A stretch of DNA of 12,239 nucleotides, from contig JBGSTX010000316.1 of assembly GCA_041736305.1 (NCBI GenBank), positions 1 to 12,239 on the forward strand. Direction: 5' to 3'. Below, piece after piece: positions 7,232 to 12,239 of the stretch. This stretch comes from Oligoflexus sp. (GTDB lineage Bacteria; Bdellovibrionota_B; Oligoflexia; Oligoflexales; Oligoflexaceae). The translations under genes were made by a program, and so were the position numbers. A model generated the notes under the pieces. That model was not told where the DNA came from. It did not search any database and saw only the letters and a list, made by a program, of their open reading frames with translations. Numbering within the stretch: position 1 is the stretch's first letter; the number at the start of each line of letters is the position of its first letter.

Positions 7232-8443
7232 ATGCATCTTTCCACTCGGTCCATTCACAGTGGCAACAGCAAAGATCCGCTGACAGGCGCCGTCATCCCC
7301 CCGCTCTATCTTTCGTCGACATTTGCACCGGATGGGGATTTTTCTCAGGCACGCTTCGATTATTCCCGCAGCGGGAACCCGACTAGGGCCTGTCTGGAGA
7401 CGACTCTTGCGGCGCTCGAAGAAGGTTGCGGTGCCTTGGCTTTTTCCTCGGGCATGGCGGCTATCCACTGCGCTCTGCAGCTGCTCAAGACGGGCGAGCA
7501 TGTTCTCGCCAGCAGCGATATTTATGGAGGAACCTATCGCATCCTGCACAAAATCCTCAGTCGCGTGGGCATCGAAACGACCCTGGTTCAAATGAACGAT
7601 CTTGCGGCAGTTAGGGCCGCCATTCGCCCTAACACGCGCATCCTCTGGGCGGAGAATCCCGGCAATCCCCTGCTCTCGCTCGTAGATATCGAGGCGATAG
7701 CCGAGTTGGCCCACGAGCACGGTGCGCTCTTAGCTGTCGACAATACTTTCGCCACTCCGGTTGCGACACAAGCACTGACCCTCGGTGCCGATATCGTTAT
7801 GCATTCGGCTACTAAATTTCTCGGCGGTCACAGCGACCTCTTGGGGGGTGCCCTCATCGTCAAGGACCCAGCCTTGCTTAAGGAACTCTACTTCATCCAG
7901 AATGCAACGGGAGCCGTCATGGCTCCTTTCGATGCGTTTCTCTGTTCCCGCGGTATCAAGACCCTCGAGTTGCGTTTTCGAGAGCAGTGTAAAAGCGCCC
8001 TGTGGATCGCGCAGTACCTCGTTCATCATCCCGCCGTAAGCCGCGTCTACTACCCCGGTCTCCCTGATCATCCCCAGCACGCATTGGCGCAAAAACAACT
8101 GCGCGGCTACTACGGAGCAGTCGTCAGTTTCGAGCTTGATGCCGACTTTGCGGCAGCTCAGGCCTTTGTGAGCCATACCAAGCTTTTCCAGAGAGCCGTC
8201 AGTGTGGGGGCTGTAGAATCTCTTATTGAACAACCGGCTTCGATGTCGCATGCAAGCTACGACAGGCAGGATAGATTAAAAGCAGGCATACACGATGGCC
8301 TCATCCGACTCTCTGTGGGACTCGAGCATGTGCACGATTTACTAGCTGATTTGCAGCAGGCTTTTCATCATTTTAATGGAAGTGAGAAACGCGAGCTGGC
8401 AAGTTCTACGGCAGAGCTTCCGCTATCGACTCATGCCCATTAG
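7232..8443 (+). CDS. Cystathionine beta-/gamma-lyase (MetC/MccB-like trans-sulfuration enzyme)
   Basis: TGAVIPPLYLSSTF, FDYSRSGNPTR, FSSGMAAI, DIYGGTYR, VDNTFAT, HSATKFLGGHSD, SVGAVESLIEQPASMSHAS, GLIRLSVGLE. RBS AGGAG at 7221-7225. The family is secure; beta-lyase is favoured only because it is paired with the synthase. Confidence 0.85.
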   Translation: MHLSTRSIHSGNSKDPLTGAVIPPLYLSSTFAPDGDFSQARFDYSRSGNPTRACLETTLAALEEGCGALAFSSGMAAIHCALQLLKTGEHVLASSDIYGGTYRILHKILSRVGIETTLVQMNDLAAVRAAIRPNTRILWAENPGNPLLSLVDIEAIAELAHEHGALLAVDNTFATPVATQALTLGADIVMHSATKFLGGHSDLLGGALIVKDPALLKELYFIQNATGAVMAPFDAFLCSRGIKTLELRFREQCKSALWIAQYLVHHPAVSRVYYPGLPDHPQHALAQKQLRGYYGAVVSFELDADFAAAQAFVSHTKLFQRAVSVGAVESLIEQPASMSHASYDRQDRLKAGIHDGLIRLSVGLEHVHDLLADLQQAFHHFNGSEKRELASSTAELPLSTHAH

Positions 8444-8667
8444 AGGAACGAAGAAAATATCTGCATTTCTTTGCGCTTGTCAGTATAGATATGGTTTGTT
8501 ATCAAAAATGGGAAGGCAGCTCCTAACGTTGCTGGACCAAGGTCCACGCAGAGGCTCTTTCAGTTTTGCCAGGTACTTTGACTTCATAGGGAACTTTCCT
8601 CGCTATTCGTGGAAATTTTCCACTGAAGGCCTCCAAAAGAATCCCAAGTTTTCGGATCGAGCTTTGG

Positions 8668-8700
8668 GCAGAGAAGCCTTTTGGTTTCTCTGCTTTATTT
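8668..8700 (+). terminator. Intrinsic terminator
   Basis: GCAGAGAAGCC-TTTT-GGTTTCTCTGC (11 bp, one G-U) followed by TTTATTT. Confidence 0.75.
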
Positions 8701-8864
8701 GCTTATTTCCGAATTTTTTACTTACTTGGCCCAGAATGAGTGAAGGGACCCCGGATTGGCAAACCATTTAAGCTGCAAATCGCAGAAGCCAACCTTTAAC
8801 CTTTAGAATCCTATGGACTCTTGAAGACCAGGGGAGGTTGGCATCGATCTCTATCTTTGACAAG

Positions 8865-9041
8865 TTAATATTCTGAACGTGATGATGCTCCCTGCCTAGG
8901 ATCGCGTGGACTCTCTATAAAGCGCTGGTCGAGCGAGGCCCCCTCGAGAAAAAGGCTGAACTCAGCTTGGGTGAGGATAATCTTGCCAGCATGGTGGGGG
9001 TTCAGATGAATTTCGAGATTTGCACTCTCGCTCTTCTCGAA
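8865..9041 (-). pseudogene. Probable remnant of the IS66-family accessory gene tnpB (C-terminal fragment)
   Basis: A start-less 58-codon frame, FEKSESANLEIHLNPHHAGKIILTQAEFSLFLEGASLDQRFIESP..., resembles the 'LEKGRF...I.LT..EL.LLLEG.DL' C-terminus of IS66 TnpB. An in-frame stop precedes it. Recognised from memory only. Confidence 0.45.
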
Positions 9042-9160
9042 TCATGGATCGCGCGGCTCCGATCTTGGGCTTTCATTTTAAGCGAGGTGGAAAGGGCGGC
9101 GGTGTCATCTAGCGAAATCCGATCCAAATCAAGGTAGATCCAATCAGTCTTGAGCTATTA

Positions 9161-9267
9161 TTGAGCATCTCATAAATAAAGAGACCAGGCACGAGACCGG
9201 CGAGCACCGAAGTGGGCATTTGGGGCCATGAAGGGCGGAGCCGTATCGTTACTTATGAGACACTCCA
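9161..9267. mobile_element. 107-bp MITE-like element with 19-bp imperfect terminal inverted repeats and TA flanks
   Basis: Left end TTGAGCATCTCATAAATAA (9161-9179) versus the reverse complement of the right end TGGAGTGTCTCATAAGTAA (9249-9267): 15/19 identical. TA at 9159-9160 and 9268-9269. GC-rich non-coding interior. Confidence 0.6.
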
Positions 9268-9290
9268 TAGATTCGGATCGTCCGAATCTA
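9268..9290. repeat. Perfect 10-bp inverted repeat
   Basis: TAGATTCGGA-TCG-TCCGAATCTA, 35 nt past the stop of the minus-strand small gene. No U-tract follows it on either strand. Confidence 0.8.
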
Positions 9291-9325
9291 AAAGCTTAAG
9301 ATATTGTCATACATCAGCTCTATGT

Positions 9326-9616
9326 CTACATTCCCATCCCCATATGGCCCTTACCCATCATCATCGGACATACGTCTGAGCCCATGGTTTGACAACTCGT
9401 CTGCATGTCTTGTCGACAATCGTTGAAAGTCTTGGCTTGGTCGCGCAGGCAGCCAGCCATTTTCTCGTGTGTCTGAGCCATGGTTTCGCGTTGAGCCAGG
9501 GTAAGTTCTTTTTGAACGACCTTAGCTTGTTCCTTGGACTTGCTTTGTGCCGATAAGTTCAACGCAGGTAGCAGACAACTCAAGATCAAAATTTTGTGTA
9601 AGAGAGGTAGTTTCAT
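9326..9616 (-). CDS. Small secreted Met/Cys-rich protein of unknown function (96 aa)
   Basis: ATG 9616 follows AAAGGA. Signal-peptide-like MKLPLLHKILILSCLLPALNLSA; the mature part has C-x10-C-x7-C-x7-C and a CPMMMGKGHMGMGM tail. The longer 9775 start overlaps the upstream gene. Confidence 0.85.
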   Translation of the reverse strand: MKLPLLHKILILSCLLPALNLSAQSKSKEQAKVVQKELTLAQRETMAQTHEKMAGCLRDQAKTFNDCRQDMQTSCQTMGSDVCPMMMGKGHMGMGM

Positions 9617-9658
9617 ATGAAGTTCCTTTAATGAACGGTTGATAGCACATTGCATCAA

Positions 9659-9675
9659 TGCAAGGTTCATTCCAA
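9659..9675 (-). promoter_or_regulatory. Sigma-54 (-24/-12) promoter candidate
   Basis: Minus strand TTGGAATGAACCTTGCA has GG-N10-GC spacing with TTGCA, against the consensus TGGCACGNNNNTTGCW. It lies about 43 nt upstream of the ATG. Confidence 0.55.
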
Positions 9676-9701
9676 GGTCCACTGAGATAGGCAACGTTCC
9701 C

Positions 9702-12239
9702 CTAGAGTTCAAGTACGATGTGATGCTCTTGGCGATCATCGAACAGCGAAATAGGCCCGCAGATCTCGAGTCCATCTAGCATGGTTTTCATCGCACCACC
9801 TACTTTGCCCTCATTCTTAATCGTGACCTTGTAGGAAGTTTCTTTATAAGAGAAATTAATCCGTAATATGGGCCATGCGCTTGGGAGTCGTGGAGTCAAT
9901 ATTAAGTGATTTTCCCGTAGGTCAAAACCTAAAAATGTTTCGACGATACTCCGATAAAGCCAGGCGGACGATCCCGTATACCACGTCCACCCTCCTCTAC
10001 CACCGTGAGTTGGCGCTGCATAGACATCGGCAGCGACCACATAGGGTTCCACTTTGTAGCGGGCTATGGCTTCCGCTGTCGCACTGTGGTGAATGGGGTT
10101 GATGAGAGTGAGAAGTTCTAAAGCTCGATCGTGCTCTCCGAGCTGCGCAAAAGCCATGATCGCCCATACGGCAGCATGAGTATACTGACCTCCATTCTCT
10201 CTGACTCCCGGTAGGTATCCCCTGATGTAACCAGGATGAGGCAGCTGCTTATCAAAGGGGGGCTCGAAAAGCTTGATGAGTCCTAAGTCGCCACTGACAA
10301 GACGTTGGTAGACGGCGTCCATGCCTTGCTTGGCGCGATTTCCTGTCGATGCTCCTGACAGAACGGCCCAACTTTGGGGCAAAGAATCGATCTGGCATTC
10401 CTGATTTTCTGACGATCCGAGAGGCGATCCATCGTCAAAAAAGGCGCGCAGATACCAGGCCCCGTCCCAGCCATGCCGCTCTATATTTTGCTTGAGAAGA
10501 CCAGTCTGTTCCCCGCACATCTCTGCGACGGCAGGATCACTCCGACGAGCGGCTATCGCAGCAAATTTCTCTAAAGTTTGGTAGAGAAAGAAGGCCAGCC
10601 ACACGCTTTCTCCCTTCCCATGAAGGCCGACTTGATTCATCCCATCATTCCAATCTCCACAACCAATCAGGGGCAATCCATGGGTGCCGAATTTCAATCC
10701 ATATTTCAAAGCTCGGACGCAATGATCATAGAGATCGCCTGATTCCTCCGCAAGCAGAGGCAGGCTATAGTCAGATTCAGTAGAGTCTGGGAGAGGCTTG
10801 GCATTTAGGTAAGGCCTTTCCTCGCTAAGTATCGCCCAATCGCCCGTAACCCTTATGTAGTGCTCGGTGACAAATGGCAGCCAAAGATAGTCATCGCTAA
10901 TCTTGGTTCGCACCCCGCGACCACTAGGTGGATGCCACCAGTGCTGCACATCTCCCTCAAGAAACTGCCTGCCTGCGCAGCGCAGAATATGAGCGCGGAC
11001 CATTTCCGGAGCGCAGTATACGACAGCCATCATGTCCTGAAGCTGATCCCGGAAACCATAGGCTCCTCCAGACTGATAGAAACCGCTGCGCCCCCAAATG
11101 CGGCTGGCAATCGTTTGGTAGAGGAGCCAGCCGTTGGCCAACACATTGATGGCCTGATCAGGAGTCTCGATCTGGATACGCCTAAGCATCTGCGACCACA
11201 TCTGCTGAACATTCGTGAAAGCCACTTGCAGATGCGCCAGAGAACGGAATTGGCGCCCTAATCTTCGCACCTCCTGTATATCCCGCCCCACCCCAAAGAC
11301 GAGGGCCAATTCTTTGGTCCCACCCGGCTCTAGTTCACAGCTCACTTGCAGGGCCAAACACGGATCGAACAGACCTCCCACTTGATTGCTGAGCTCCCTG
11401 CGATCCATTGCCGCGGGGCAGTTTAAAGAACTATTACGACCAATAAACTCAGTGCGATCGCCCGTAAAACTGCTGGGCTTCTCACTCGCGCTTACAAAGG
11501 CGATACGTCCACGAAAGTCTGCGGCAAAGACATTGTGGCCATAGAGAATTCCGTTCGTGGCATCGAACTCACTCACAATCTGATTGGATGCCCTTGATCT
11601 GAGTTCGCCCAGAACCATTTCGAAATACGCTGTCAGTGAAAGCTTCCGAGTCCGCCCCGAAAGATTACTTAGCTTGAGCAAAAGAATTTTAACGGGCTCA
11701 TCAGACGCGACGAAGACAGTCAGCTCAGAGCTGATGCCATGAGCACTCGTAGAAAAGATGCTGTAACCAAAGCCATGACGAACCTTGTAAGCGCCCTGTG
11801 TGGGTCTCGGCGCTGGCGTTGGTGACCAGTATTCGCCACTGAGTTCGTCCCTAATGTAGAGGGCTTCGCCCGTTGGATCAGATACGGGATCATTAAACCA
11901 AGGCGTAAGTCGATGTTCATGAGCATTTTCGGACCAGGTATAAGCACTTCCTCTTTCTGAAACGAGAGTCCCAAAATCAGGATTGGCCAAAACATTGACC
12001 CAAGGCATGGGGGTCGTTCGATCGGCATCGAGGCGCATGACATATTCACGTCCGTCTTGACTGAATCCTCCAATCCCATTATCAGAGAATAGCTCATCAG
12101 CGTTCTTCTGCTGATGGCGTATTTCGGGGCCCCGGGTTCTCTTGCGTCTTGCGAGTTCTCGCGTCGATAGTCCCTTTGGCAAGGCTGCAGGGGCTACGCG
12201 CTCAGCATTGATCTGCTCCGCCAAGCTACCTGCCTGATC
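9702..12239 (-). CDS. ndvB: GH94 glycoside phosphorylase domain, C-terminal part of a cyclic beta-1,2-glucan synthase (NdvB/ChvB/Cgs-like); gene starts beyond the window
   Basis: The frame is open to the window edge (DQAGSLAEQI...). Motifs NGIGGFSQDGREY, PWVNVLAN, RLTPW, RSGFYQSGGAYGFRDQLQD, GDVQHWWH, catalytic GDWNDGMN, PGVRENGGQYTHAA, EPYVVAADVY, GRGGWTWYTGS. Confidence 0.9.
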   Translation of the reverse strand, partial: DQAGSLAEQINAERVAPAALPKGLSTRELARRKRTRGPEIRHQQKNADELFSDNGIGGFSQDGREYVMRLDADRTTPMPWVNVLANPDFGTLVSERGSAYTWSENAHEHRLTPWFNDPVSDPTGEALYIRDELSGEYWSPTPAPRPTQGAYKVRHGFGYSIFSTSAHGISSELTVFVASDEPVKILLLKLSNLSGRTRKLSLTAYFEMVLGELRSRASNQIVSEFDATNGILYGHNVFAADFRGRIAFVSASEKPSSFTGDRTEFIGRNSSLNCPAAMDRRELSNQVGGLFDPCLALQVSCELEPGGTKELALVFGVGRDIQEVRRLGRQFRSLAHLQVAFTNVQQMWSQMLRRIQIETPDQAINVLANGWLLYQTIASRIWGRSGFYQSGGAYGFRDQLQDMMAVVYCAPEMVRAHILRCAGRQFLEGDVQHWWHPPSGRGVRTKISDDYLWLPFVTEHYIRVTGDWAILSEERPYLNAKPLPDSTESDYSLPLLAEESGDLYDHCVRALKYGLKFGTHGLPLIGCGDWNDGMNQVGLHGKGESVWLAFFLYQTLEKFAAIAARRSDPAVAEMCGEQTGLLKQNIERHGWDGAWYLRAFFDDGSPLGSSENQECQIDSLPQSWAVLSGASTGNRAKQGMDAVYQRLVSGDLGLIKLFEPPFDKQLPHPGYIRGYLPGVRENGGQYTHAAVWAIMAFAQLGEHDRALELLTLINPIHHSATAEAIARYKVEPYVVAADVYAAPTHGGRGGWTWYTGSSAWLYRSIVETFLGFDLRENHLILTPRLPSAWPILRINFSYKETSYKVTIKNEGKVGGAMKTMLDGLEICGPISLFDDRQEHHIVLEL

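Noticed and set aside
8376-8771. 131-aa + strand ORF
   Set aside because: It overlaps the lyase gene, crosses a clear terminator, and has no RBS or recognisable domain.
9268-9290. Palindrome as an intrinsic terminator for the small minus-strand gene
   Set aside because: No U-tract follows the stem in either direction, so it is kept only as an inverted repeat.
8444-9325. CRISPR array, tRNA or TPP riboswitch in the long intergenic region
   Set aside because: No regularly spaced direct repeats, cloverleaf or complete TPP core were found by eye.
9617-9775. 53-aa N-terminal extension of the small secreted protein
   Set aside because: It overlaps the GH94 gene end and the promoter; the signal peptide and RBS point to ATG 9616.
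182-12097. Many antisense and alternate-frame ORFs (e.g. 182-658, 1550-2263, 7205-7720, 7730-8251, 10860-11261)
   Set aside because: They are shadows of well-supported genes, with no motifs or independent expression signals.

Overview
The + strand (1-8443) carries a complete sulfate-to-homocysteine cluster: 5'-truncated cysI/sir, cysH (APS-reductase type), cysD, cysN, cysE, cysK, then a plant-type cystathionine gamma-synthase (metB-like) and a cystathionine lyase (metC-like). The - strand carries the GH94 C-terminal part of a cyclic beta-1,2-glucan synthase (runs off the right edge) and a small secreted Met/Cys-rich protein behind a sigma-54-like promoter. Between them, about 880 bp of non-coding DNA holds a terminator, a probable IS66 tnpB remnant and a 107-bp MITE-like element. 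Two signals stand out. (1) CysN has a 95-aa extension ending in FDQGSGI, which mimics the CysK-docking tail of the neighbouring CysE (FRDGDGI). (2) The ~230-nt leader of the metB-like gene contains, in order, a sigma-70 promoter, a SAM-II-like aptamer, a hairpin hiding a Met-Cys-Thr mini-ORF, a strong terminator, and an anti-SD strand that can alternatively pair with the aptamer. This looks like a multi-layer SAM/amino-acid-sensing switch. All motif and structure calls were made by eye; no searches or folding programs were run.
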